A DNA stretch of 64,000 nucleotides from an uncultured Erysipelothrix sp. (GTDB taxonomy: Bacteria; Bacillota_I; Bacilli_A; Erysipelotrichales; Erysipelotrichaceae), in contig CAZVKL010000001.1 of NCBI GenBank assembly GCA_964627845.1, positions 95,370 through 159,369 of the forward strand. The letters are read 5' to 3'. Position numbers and translations under genes: made by a program. Positions 27,637 to 36,244 of this stretch are shown here, piece after piece. The number at the start of each line of letters is the position of its first letter. The first letter of the stretch is position 1. The notes beneath the pieces were generated by a model. It was not told the origin of the DNA, searched no databases, and saw only the letters and a program-made list of their open reading frames with translations.

Positions 27637-28449
27637 ATGCTTAAAAAAACCTTATTAATCACTATTCTATCCCTATTCCTTATTGGTTGTAGTCAAAATG
27701 ACTCACAACTCAATACACTCACCGTCGGAATGGAATGCAACTATGCCCCATTTAACTGGATTCAACAAGAACAAGATGATGAGGCCCTCTTTATTAAAGG
27801 TTCAAATGGTTACTGTAAAGGATATGATGTGAGTGTCGCAAAAGAATTAGCCAAACAATTAGAAATGGATTTAGAGATTAAAGTAATTGCTTGGGAAGGG
27901 TTAATTCCAGCATTAAACTCAGGTTCAATTGATGCGATTATTGCCGGAATGAGCTATACACCTGAAAGAGCACAACAAGTTAATTTTACTCAACCCTACT
28001 ATCACTCTGATTATGTCATGATTGTTCATCAGGATTCTTCGTATAGTCAAGCCACTTCGCTTAACGATTTCAGAAATGCCAGAATTGTTGGGCAACTGGG
28101 AACAAACTATGACACCATTATTGATCAAATTGACGAAGTAAATCACTTAAATCCTTTAGGAACCTATCCATTAATTGTCAATGCAATTATTAGTGGTGCT
28201 GCTGATGGTGCCCCTGCCGAAAAGCCAACGGCACAATCAATTATTGCCAGTAACCCAGAACTTGTCATGGTTGAATTTGAACAGGGACTCGGGTTTACTC
28301 AAACCCAAGACGTCACCACTGAAGTCAGTATTGCACTTAGAAAAGACGATGAGCAATTACTTTCTGATATTAATTCGATTTTAGAGACGATTGATCAAAC
28401 ACAACGAGACACTTGGATGCTACAAGCGATAGAAAGTCCTCATCAATAA
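27637..28449 (+). CDS. amino-acid ABC transporter substrate-binding lipoprotein (probably lysine or basic amino acids)
   Basis: Signal peptide with lipobox LFLIGC. Family 3 SBP features. GAAAGGAG RBS lies before the ATG at 27637; the track start at 27574 falls inside the riboswitch terminator. Confidence 0.85.
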   Translation: MLKKTLLITILSLFLIGCSQNDSQLNTLTVGMECNYAPFNWIQQEQDDEALFIKGSNGYCKGYDVSVAKELAKQLEMDLEIKVIAWEGLIPALNSGSIDAIIAGMSYTPERAQQVNFTQPYYHSDYVMIVHQDSSYSQATSLNDFRNARIVGQLGTNYDTIIDQIDEVNHLNPLGTYPLIVNAIISGAADGAPAEKPTAQSIIASNPELVMVEFEQGLGFTQTQDVTTEVSIALRKDDEQLLSDINSILETIDQTQRDTWMLQAIESPHQ

Positions 28450-28450
28450 T

Positions 28451-29158
28451 ATGTTACAAAATGCGTTAAATATATTTTTAGAAAATCAACAACTCTTTAT
28501 AACAGGGATTAAAAACACATTAATCGTATCATTAATTGGGACCATCGTCGGATTATTACTGGGTTTTGTTTTATCGATGCTAAGAGATATTCAAATAAAT
28601 GATCATGATTCAACGATTGTAAAGTCACTTAAAAAATTGAGTATCCTCTTCACAAATTTTTATATTGAATTTGTTCGGGGGACACCCATGATGGTTCAAG
28701 CAGTCTTTCTATACTATTCTTTGTATCGCATCCTTAATTGGACACCAATGACTGCCAGCTTGATTATTGTTTCATTTAACACAGCCTCTTATATGGCTGA
28801 GATTTTAAGAGCAGGCATCCAATCAGTTAACAAAGGACAAAGAGAAGCTGCTTTAGCCATTGGGATGACTCAACAAACGGCGTTTCGGAAAATCATTTTA
28901 CCCCAAGCACTTAGAAATAGCTTTCCATCCATAGGGAATGAGTTTGTCGTTAACATAAAAGATACCTCCGTATTAAATGTTATTTCTATGAACGAACTGT
29001 TTAATCAAGGAATGAGCTATGCAGGCAGAACATACCAGTTTAGTGAAGCAATGTTTATTCTATTAGTCATCTATTTTGTGTTGACCTTTACGACGACTCG
29101 ACTATTGGGATTAATAGAGCGTAAACTCAATCAAACGAAAGTGATGGTAATCCAGTAA
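28451..29158 (+). CDS. amino-acid ABC transporter permease (HisMQ family)
   Basis: 235 aa polytopic protein with an EAA-like loop (ASYMAEILRAGIQSVNKGQREAALAIGM). Confidence 0.88.
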   Translation: MLQNALNIFLENQQLFITGIKNTLIVSLIGTIVGLLLGFVLSMLRDIQINDHDSTIVKSLKKLSILFTNFYIEFVRGTPMMVQAVFLYYSLYRILNWTPMTASLIIVSFNTASYMAEILRAGIQSVNKGQREAALAIGMTQQTAFRKIILPQALRNSFPSIGNEFVVNIKDTSVLNVISMNELFNQGMSYAGRTYQFSEAMFILLVIYFVLTFTTTRLLGLIERKLNQTKVMVIQ

Positions 29159-29886
29159 TGTCACAATTTATTATTAAACAATTAAAGAAAAACTATCAGA
29201 ACAATGAAGTTTTAAAAGGCATTGATTTAACAGTGGATCAAGGTCAAATCATTTCTATTATTGGTTCTTCTGGAAGTGGTAAATCAACTTTGTTACGATG
29301 TCTAAATCGTTTAGAATCCTTTCATGAGGGTGATGTAATTTATAATGACACCAATATTAAAGATAGAAACTTCAACCTAAATCATTATCGCAGTGAAGTG
29401 ACAATGATCTTTCAAAGTTTTAATCTATTTAATCATCTTTCAGTTCTACAAAATTGTATCATTGGACAAATTGAAGTTCTTAGAAGAAGTAAAAAACAAG
29501 CCATTGACGTTGCTTTAGAAAATCTTAAGAAAGTGGGAATGATTGATTACATAAATCAAAATGTGAACCGACTCTCAGGTGGCCAACAACAACGTGTTGC
29601 GATTGCCAGAGCATTAAGTATGCACCCTAAAGTATTATTGCTTGATGAACCCACCTCTGCCTTAGATCCTCAAATGGTTGATGAAGTATTAGAAGTTATC
29701 AAAGATTTAGCCAATACAGGCATTACAATGATTATTGTGACCCATGAAATGCGATTCGCTAAAGAAATATCGGATCGAATCATTTATATGAAAGATGGTG
29801 TCATTATTGAAGACAATCATCCAGATGTCATCTTTAATCATCCAAGTCATCCCTATACCCAAGAGTTTTTGAGAAAATATCTATAA
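29158..29886 (+). CDS. amino-acid ABC transporter ATP-binding protein
   Basis: GSSGSGKST, LSGGQQQRVAIARAL, LLLDEPTSALD, VTHEM. Confidence 0.92.
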   Translation: MSQFIIKQLKKNYQNNEVLKGIDLTVDQGQIISIIGSSGSGKSTLLRCLNRLESFHEGDVIYNDTNIKDRNFNLNHYRSEVTMIFQSFNLFNHLSVLQNCIIGQIEVLRRSKKQAIDVALENLKKVGMIDYINQNVNRLSGGQQQRVAIARALSMHPKVLLLDEPTSALDPQMVDEVLEVIKDLANTGITMIIVTHEMRFAKEISDRIIYMKDGVIIEDNHPDVIFNHPSHPYTQEFLRKYL

Positions 29887-29921
29887 AAAAAGTTGAAGCC
29901 CTTAAACTTCAACTTTTTTTT
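29885..29921 (+). terminator. intrinsic terminator after the ABC operon
   Basis: AGTTGAAG-CCCTTAAA-CTTCAACT hairpin flanked by an A-run and T8. Confidence 0.8.
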
Positions 29922-30246
29922 ATCTATTCTTTTTCAACGTCAATAATTTTATCCACATTTTTTCGATTTCACTCGTCGAACATTCACCGCCAAATCGATT
30001 AAAACAATTGATTGGTTACCATCGGGTTAACTTGATTTTAATTAAGTTTGGTTCTTAGATGTACTTCCTAGGTAAACCATGAATCTGTTCATCATTTCTC
30101 CTTTTTCTATCCTTGCAGAATATAAGACTAAAATATTAAACACAAATTAAGTTAGTAACGTTTAAATTTTAAAAAAGAAAGATTAGACTATATTTGGTAA
30201 CGTAGTGATTATTTGATAAATAATAACAAGTGTTCTTAAACTCTAT

Positions 30247-30276
30247 GAAAAAAGTGTTGAATGAACAACACTTTTT
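30247..30276 (-). terminator. intrinsic terminator after rbfA
   Basis: - strand AAAAAGTGTTG-TTCATT-CAACACTTTTTT. Confidence 0.8.
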
Positions 30277-30279
30277 AGC

Positions 30280-30633
30280 TTAATCTTCTGATTGTTTGAT
30301 TTGAGCGATTAGCTCATCGATGCGATTCCCTTGATCGATTGAATCATCAATTTTAAAAATTAAATCAGGCGTCTTACGAATCTTTAGACGTTGAGACAAC
30401 TGAGAACGAACAAATCCTTTAACTCGATTAATTTCTTCAAGTCGATCCTGAGCACTAATCTCTTTGGTATTTAAGAAAGAGACATAAATGTTGGCGAAGC
30501 TATAATCACTGGTCACTTCAACATCCGTCACGGTCACAAAACCAAATTTAGAATTCTTTACTTCATTTTGAAGAATATTTGATACTTCTCTTCTAATTTG
30601 AGATTCAATTCTCTCTAATTTTTTATTACTCAT
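30280..30633 (-). CDS. rbfA: ribosome-binding factor A
   Basis: 117 aa; [19 protein letters not shown]...[21 protein letters not shown]. Confidence 0.9.
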   Translation of the reverse strand: MSNKKLERIESQIRREVSNILQNEVKNSKFGFVTVTDVEVTSDYSFANIYVSFLNTKEISAQDRLEEINRVKGFVRSQLSQRLKIRKTPDLIFKIDDSIDQGNRIDELIAQIKQSED

Positions 30634-32468
30634 TCTTGTGGAACCTCCACATCACCGTAGACTTCAATAATGTCATCTACTTTAATGTCGTTGAAGTTTT
30701 CAATGGTCAATCCACAGTCATAGCCTTCACGTACTTCACGAACATCGTTTTCGAAACGTTTCAATGAGCCTAAACGACCTTCATAGACGACGACACCATC
30801 TCGGATAACTCTTGCGGAAGAATCTCTAACCACTTTACCATCCGTCACCATACATCCCGCAATCGTTCCGATACGAGATACTTTAAAGGTTTGTCGAACT
30901 TCTGCTTGTCCAAGAATTTGTTCTTCAAAAACAGGCGCCAACATTCCCTTCATAGCCGATTCCATTTCTTCTACCGCTTTGTAGATAATGTTATGAAGTC
31001 TAATTTCAACCCCTTCTTCTTGGGCTTTATTTCGAATTTGAGCACTTGGTCTCACATTGAACCCATAAATAATTCCACCAGAAGCACTTGCTAACATAAC
31101 ATCTGATTCTGAAATAGCGCCTACCGTTGAACGAATAACATTAACACGGATTGATTCAACATCAATTCTTTCCAATGCATCTTTAACGGCTTCAGCCGAT
31201 CCTTGCACATCCGCCTTTAAGATAACAGGAATTTCAGTGATCTCCCCTTCTTTCAAACGAGCGGATAAATCATCCAATGTAATGGCTGAAGATTTTTTAC
31301 GCTCAACTTCAATCTTATCTTGTAAGCGATCATCCGCCACTGAACGAGCTTTCTTCTCTTCTTTAAAGACTTTAAATAAGTCCCCTGCTTCAGGAACATC
31401 TGATAATCCAATAATTTCAACCGGAGTAGCAGGTCCTGCTTTTTTAATCTCACGACCACGATCATCCACCATTTTACGAACACGACCATGGGCTGTACCA
31501 ACCACCAAGGATTGGCCTGATTCTAAAGTACCCGTTTGTACTAATAACGTTGCGACAGGACCACGTCCTTTATCCAAACGAGCTTCAATGACGGTCCCTA
31601 ATGCTAAACGATTAGGATTCGCTTTCAATTCTTGAAGTTCAGCAAGCACCAGTACATTTTCTAATAATTCATCAACACCAGTTCCTTTTAGAGCACTCAC
31701 TTCAACAAAGACTGTTTCTCCACCGTATTCTTCAGCAATGACTCCTAAGTTCATTAATTCAGTCTTAACAAACTCAGGATTTGCGGTTGGTTTATCCATT
31801 TTATTAACCGCAATGATAATTGGGACATTGGCAGCTTTAGCATGGTCAATTGCTTCTCTTGTTTGAGGCATAACCCCATCATCGGCCGCAACCACAATAA
31901 TAACTATATCGGTCACTTGGGCTCCACGAGCTCTCATCGCTGTGAACGCTTCGTGACCTGGCGTATCTAAAAATGTTACTTTTTTTCCATCAACTTTTAC
32001 TTGATAAGCACCAATATGTTGGGTAATTCCACCAAATTCATCCGCAACGACCTTAGCTGAACGAATTGTATCAAGTAAGGTTGTTTTACCATGGTCAACA
32101 TGTCCCATAATTGTGACAATCGGTGCCCGTTCGACTAAATCTTTAGGATCGTCTTCAATTAAGTCTTCGAGTGTATTTTCATCAATGACTTCTTCTTTTT
32201 CAGTTTCAACATCGTATTCCATTGCGACCAGTTCAACTAATTCATCACTAATTGAGTCATTAATTGTGACTGCATGACCTAGTAAAAATAGAACTCGGAT
32301 GATGTCTGAGGCATTTTTATTAAGCTTATTTGCGAGCTCACCAACTGTAATCCCCTCTTGATATGTAATATGGGTTACTTTTTCGGGTCTTGGTTTAAAC
32401 GTTTGTTTCTTATTTTTATTTGACCCGCGACGTTTATTATTAGGTCTTCTTCTTGGTTTTCTACTCAT
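30630..32468 (-). CDS. infB: translation initiation factor IF-2
   Basis: [24 protein letters not shown]; 612 aa with a short basic N-terminus. Confidence 0.95.
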   Translation of the reverse strand: MSRKPRRRPNNKRRGSNKNKKQTFKPRPEKVTHITYQEGITVGELANKLNKNASDIIRVLFLLGHAVTINDSISDELVELVAMEYDVETEKEEVIDENTLEDLIEDDPKDLVERAPIVTIMGHVDHGKTTLLDTIRSAKVVADEFGGITQHIGAYQVKVDGKKVTFLDTPGHEAFTAMRARGAQVTDIVIIVVAADDGVMPQTREAIDHAKAANVPIIIAVNKMDKPTANPEFVKTELMNLGVIAEEYGGETVFVEVSALKGTGVDELLENVLVLAELQELKANPNRLALGTVIEARLDKGRGPVATLLVQTGTLESGQSLVVGTAHGRVRKMVDDRGREIKKAGPATPVEIIGLSDVPEAGDLFKVFKEEKKARSVADDRLQDKIEVERKKSSAITLDDLSARLKEGEITEIPVILKADVQGSAEAVKDALERIDVESIRVNVIRSTVGAISESDVMLASASGGIIYGFNVRPSAQIRNKAQEEGVEIRLHNIIYKAVEEMESAMKGMLAPVFEEQILGQAEVRQTFKVSRIGTIAGCMVTDGKVVRDSSARVIRDGVVVYEGRLGSLKRFENDVREVREGYDCGLTIENFNDIKVDDIIEVYGDVEVPQE

Positions 32469-32772
32469 ACATGTCCTCCTCTTCTTTAATTCTTAGCATT
32501 TTACTAAAGTCATGATTGGTAATACCTATTACCATGCGATTTCTCAATGCAACAGCATTCGATAAATCTTGACTTGAATACTTTTCGACTACCTCCAACT
32601 GATAGAAATGAGCCTTTTTATAAACTCTTTCTTTTGTTTTTTCACTGGCATCCGTAGCTAAAATCAACAACTTTACTTTAGCTAAATTTTTAAATAAACT
32701 TTCTCCACTGAGAATGGCATTGGCTTTTTTAGCAAGTCCTAAATTACTTAAGAAGTTGTCTGATTTCTTCAT
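32461..32772 (-). CDS. ylxQ: L7Ae-family RNA-binding protein YlxQ
   Basis: [19 protein letters not shown] is typical of YlxQ. Sits between ylxR and infB. Start ambiguous (Met codons at 32784, 32781 and 32772); overlaps the ylxR 3' end. Confidence 0.8.
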   Translation of the reverse strand: MKKSDNFLSNLGLAKKANAILSGESLFKNLAKVKLLILATDASEKTKERVYKKAHFYQLEVVEKYSSQDLSNAVALRNRMVIGITNHDFSKMLRIKEEEDMYE

Positions 32773-33001
32773 ACACTTCATCACTAATTTTAGTTTCTAA
32801 AGCTCGCTCCAATGCCTTGTTCTTTATGGCTTTATCTAAAACTTGTTCATCTTTTTTGAGGTAAGCTCCCCGACCATGAGCTCTTCCAGTCGTATCAACA
32901 CTGACGACTCCCTCTTTGTTTTTTGTGATTCTAAGCAGTTCTTTTTTAGGGAACATCTCATTGGAAACCACACATTTTCTTAACGGTACTTTCTTAGTCA
33001 T
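32744..33001 (-). CDS. ylxR: YlxR family RNA-binding protein (DUF448)
   Basis: PLRKCVVSNEMFPKKELLRI...GRGAYL motif. Its ATG overlaps the nusA stop. Confidence 0.88.
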   Translation of the reverse strand: MTKKVPLRKCVVSNEMFPKKELLRITKNKEGVVSVDTTGRAHGRGAYLKKDEQVLDKAIKNKALERALETKISDEVYEEIRQLLK

Positions 33002-34668
33002 TAATTATCGTAGAACTCATCGAACTCATCAAAATCAATGTCATCATCATACCATTCATCATCTTTGTAATCGAGATCTTGGAGTTCTTCCTCTGAATAA
33101 GTCGGTTTAATTTCATATTCTAACTCAGCCAATAACTCAGCTGTGTTAACACGCTTCATCTCTTCTTCACTTGAACGACGTTTCTTGCGTTTTGATGATT
33201 GTTGTTGTTGAGAACGAGAAGCATCGGCCAATTCTTCGAATTTAGAAACATATTCTTGTCGTTGACGAATGGTTCGTTTTACTTTCTTAGGCTCAGGTTT
33301 CACTTCTTCTGGTTGAGGTTCTGGTTGAACGTCAATGTCATCAGCGAAAGTAGAGTCTTCATCTTCATGGTCTGGCTCTTCAATCGCTTCAATTTCTTCA
33401 ACATCAGGCTCTTGATCAACCGGTTCAGTTGTAGGTAAATCTTCTACTTCTTCTTCACGAACCACAAGTCCTTCTGTGTCTTGTTGAAGTTCTTGTGCCT
33501 CTTGTAACGCTTGTTCTTCTTGAAGTTTAGCCAACGAATCTAAGCGCGCTTGAGCTTGTTTGGCCTTCTCTTGAGCCAGTTTAATATCAAGATCTCGTTG
33601 ATATTCTTCCATCAGCGCCATATAATCAAGACCCATTTCTTCGACTTCAGAAACCGATTTAATATCAATGCGTTCTTTGGTTAATTTAACCGCAAGACGA
33701 GCATTCTTACCACGCTTACCAATGGCTAGTGACAATTGTTTATCATCCACTACGACAACCAAACCACGTCTCTCTTGAGATGGGAAAATAGCCGTAATAA
33801 CCGCAGGTGCTAACGCATTTTTAATAAGGTCAATCGTGTTTTCTGACCATTCAAAAATATCAATTTTTTCACCTTTTAATTCTTCAATAACCACTTGAAC
33901 TCTTGAACCACGTGGACCAATACAGGCACCAATTGGATCAATATCTGGATTATTAGAATAAACAGCCATCTTCGTTCTTTCACCAGCATCACGAGCTATG
34001 GCACGAATTTCAACAACGCCCTCATAAATTTCTGGGACTTCTTTTTCAAATAAACGCTTGACTAAATTTGGATCAGCGCGCGAGACAATCACCTGTGCGC
34101 CTTTAGTGTCACGAATCACTTCACTAATCATGACACGGAGTCGTTGACCTTCTTGATAGATTTCATTACTCATTTGTTGGGCTTTTGGCATGACAGCCAG
34201 TGCTTTTCCTAGGTTAACAATCACAAAGCGTTCTTCAACCGATTCCACTTCACCAAAAATCATTTCATCTTGCATATCGATGTATTCATCATAAACCGCT
34301 TGTTTTTCCGCTTCACGAATCTTTTGTTTTAAAACTTGTTTCGCTAAGAGCGCAGCAGCACGACCTAATTGGTCAATTGAATGAGGTTCACGTAAAAATT
34401 CACCAACTTGTAAGGTTGAGCCATCTTCTAATTCATCGTGTTGAACTTGAAGCGCATCATCTTCTACCTCTTCAACCACTTCAAAAAGACGATAGAGTTT
34501 TAATTCTTCATTCTCTACGACCACTTCAGCAAGTGCATCTGACACTTCAATTTGTTTTCTAAACGCTTTAACGATGGCTTCTTTCAGAGCATCTTCGACA
34601 ATTGATCGATCGACATGACGCTCATCGACAATCTGCGCAACGGCAGCTTCAAAATTTTCTAGTTTCAT
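33001..34668 (-). CDS. nusA: transcription termination/antitermination factor NusA with about 200-aa acidic C-terminal extension
   Basis: N-terminal domain, S1 and two KH domains (GACIGPRGSRVQ, AIGKRGKNARLA) within residues 1-350. These are followed by a coiled and acidic low-complexity tail. Confidence 0.93.
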   Translation of the reverse strand: MKLENFEAAVAQIVDERHVDRSIVEDALKEAIVKAFRKQIEVSDALAEVVVENEELKLYRLFEVVEEVEDDALQVQHDELEDGSTLQVGEFLREPHSIDQLGRAAALLAKQVLKQKIREAEKQAVYDEYIDMQDEMIFGEVESVEERFVIVNLGKALAVMPKAQQMSNEIYQEGQRLRVMISEVIRDTKGAQVIVSRADPNLVKRLFEKEVPEIYEGVVEIRAIARDAGERTKMAVYSNNPDIDPIGACIGPRGSRVQVVIEELKGEKIDIFEWSENTIDLIKNALAPAVITAIFPSQERRGLVVVVDDKQLSLAIGKRGKNARLAVKLTKERIDIKSVSEVEEMGLDYMALMEEYQRDLDIKLAQEKAKQAQARLDSLAKLQEEQALQEAQELQQDTEGLVVREEEVEDLPTTEPVDQEPDVEEIEAIEEPDHEDEDSTFADDIDVQPEPQPEEVKPEPKKVKRTIRQRQEYVSKFEELADASRSQQQQSSKRKKRRSSEEEMKRVNTAELLAELEYEIKPTYSEEELQDLDYKDDEWYDDDIDFDEFDEFYDN

Positions 34669-34676
34669 TCTTTACC

Positions 34677-35132
34677 TCAAACCTTTACTGCTAACTGTAA
34701 TTTTTCAATGTTTTCAAATAGTAGGACTTGTTTACTTGGACGTCCCTTAATAAAGTGCTTAATAATGATAGACTTGTCATCCACATTAATCAGTATTCCT
34801 TCTAAAATATCTCCATTACTTAATGTTGCTCTGACATATTGGTTTAATGCCCCAATCATATCATCATAACTTGACAATTCTTTTTCTATTCCAGGTGAAC
34901 CAATATCAAGAATGTATTCGAAATCTAATTCGTCGAGTTCATCCAAAGCATCAGAAATGGGTTGGGTGATGACGCTCGCTGTCTCTAAATCTAAAGTCCC
35001 TTGCGCATCAGCCAAAGATATGTTGAGGACCTTCTGATGGCCCATCTTTTCCCAAGCAATGTCAACCAGATTTAAATCATGTTGATTTACAATTGGGAGG
35101 ATTTTGTTTTTAATCGCTTCTAAATGTTTCAT
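34677..35132 (-). CDS. rimP: ribosome maturation factor RimP
   Basis: MKHLEAIKNKILPIV...; position upstream of nusA. ATG at 35132 follows AGGAGAAAC. The longer track ORF (to 35174) starts inside an upstream hairpin. Confidence 0.88.
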   Translation of the reverse strand: MKHLEAIKNKILPIVNQHDLNLVDIAWEKMGHQKVLNISLADAQGTLDLETASVITQPISDALDELDELDFEYILDIGSPGIEKELSSYDDMIGALNQYVRATLSNGDILEGILINVDDKSIIIKHFIKGRPSKQVLLFENIEKLQLAVKV

Positions 35133-35156
35133 GTTTCTCCTTTTTAGACAATAGAT

Positions 35157-35179
35157 AAGGAGTGGCAGAGCCACTCCTT
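35157..35179 (-). promoter_or_regulatory. 10-bp stem-loop in the rimP-nusA leader (terminator or attenuator candidate)
   Basis: - strand AAGGAGTGGC-TCT-GCCACTCCTT, 25 nt upstream of the rimP ATG. No clean U-tract follows (ATCTATTGT). Confidence 0.35.
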
Positions 35180-35206
35180 GGTTAGATATAGTTTAACATA
35201 AGTCGC

Positions 35207-36202
35207 TTATAATTGAAAGAAAACACGACTTTTTTTGCCAATTAATTTAGCCACACGTCTAAAACCTAATGATCCTAGAAGACTATGACAAGATTGAACA
35301 AAGGCATTTGGTGCGTAGCGAAGAATCTCTTTTCCTTTCTCAAGCTCATCAAAGACAATTTCTTGTTCATGCGCATCCAGTGCTCCTACCATAATTATTC
35401 CTGATAGGTAAAGATTTGAGATTCTGACTAAGAAATGATACCGCTCATTTTGAGTCAAATTATAACGATCGATGTGATTTAACCAATAATTGGAAACCTT
35501 GACACGAGAGAGAACACTTTTTAATGAAATATCACGAGTAATCTGTCCTTCTCTTTTTCGAGTGTATAACAGGATATGAAACGGGTAGTAGTTAACCAGT
35601 TTCGCTTCAAGAAGAACTTGCCAGTTCCAAATCATATCCTCAAATAATATTCCTTCAACAAACTGGAATCCTTTCTGATCAAGATAGGATTTTTTATACG
35701 CCATGTTCCAAGCATATAATTCCCAATACTTGTCCTTTTGAAGCATCTCATAAATGAAATCACGCCCAGACTGAGCTTTCATTTTTTTTAATTTCTTATG
35801 CGCAAAATATTCATAGTATTCAATCGTTTTGCCATTATAAAAAGACATCCAATTATATACGCACACATCCGGTTGACTCTGATCAAGAAATTGAGCCAGC
35901 CCTTGTAAACTGTTTGGAATTAAAGCATCATCTGAATCTAAAAACAACACATATTCCCCTGTTGCTTTAGCTAAGCCAACATTACGAGAATGAGAAAGAC
36001 CATGATTCTCTTGATGAATTAGAGTAATCCCTGGATAATTTTTACTATAGTATTCTAAAAGAATATGCGAATCATCACTTGAGCCATCATTAACAACAAT
36101 GACTTCTAAATCTTGATAATTTTGAAATAAAACGGATGTTAAACAAGCTTTTAAATATTCCAATGTATTATACACCGGAACAATGATAGAAAACTGTGGC
36201 AT
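35207..36202 (-). CDS. family 2 glycosyltransferase
   Basis: FSIIVPVYN...VNDGSSDDS...LDSDD GT-A motifs. ATG at 36202 follows GGAG; the track start at 36226 is also possible. Confidence 0.85.
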   Translation of the reverse strand: MPQFSIIVPVYNTLEYLKACLTSVLFQNYQDLEVIVVNDGSSDDSHILLEYYSKNYPGITLIHQENHGLSHSRNVGLAKATGEYVLFLDSDDALIPNSLQGLAQFLDQSQPDVCVYNWMSFYNGKTIEYYEYFAHKKLKKMKAQSGRDFIYEMLQKDKYWELYAWNMAYKKSYLDQKGFQFVEGILFEDMIWNWQVLLEAKLVNYYPFHILLYTRKREGQITRDISLKSVLSRVKVSNYWLNHIDRYNLTQNERYHFLVRISNLYLSGIIMVGALDAHEQEIVFDELEKGKEILRYAPNAFVQSCHSLLGSLGFRRVAKLIGKKSRVFFQL

Positions 36203-36244
36203 TTCATTCTCCAATCTTTTTCTCATTATATCAAAAAATACTTG

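Noticed and set aside
30079-30150. 23-codon + strand ORF (MNLFIISPFSILAEYKTKILNTN) in the long convergent spacer
   Set aside because: No Shine-Dalgarno sequence. It lies downstream of a strong terminator with no promoter-like element. It is indistinguishable from chance in AT-rich DNA.
31237-31635. 132-aa + strand ORF (and an 82-aa - strand alternative-frame ORF at 31253-31501) within infB
   Set aside because: Both lie in the IF-2 coding region. Their compositions are Ser/Pro/Arg-rich, typical of out-of-frame or antisense translation. No start-site signals.
33004-33460. GAAGAAG/CTTCTTC-type motifs as FtsK/SpoIIIE-orienting polar sequences pointing to dif
   Set aside because: In this window they are confounded with Glu-rich coding (GAA GAA) on the co-oriented coding strand. 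Polarity cannot be assessed without genome-wide counting, so it is kept only as a suggested test.
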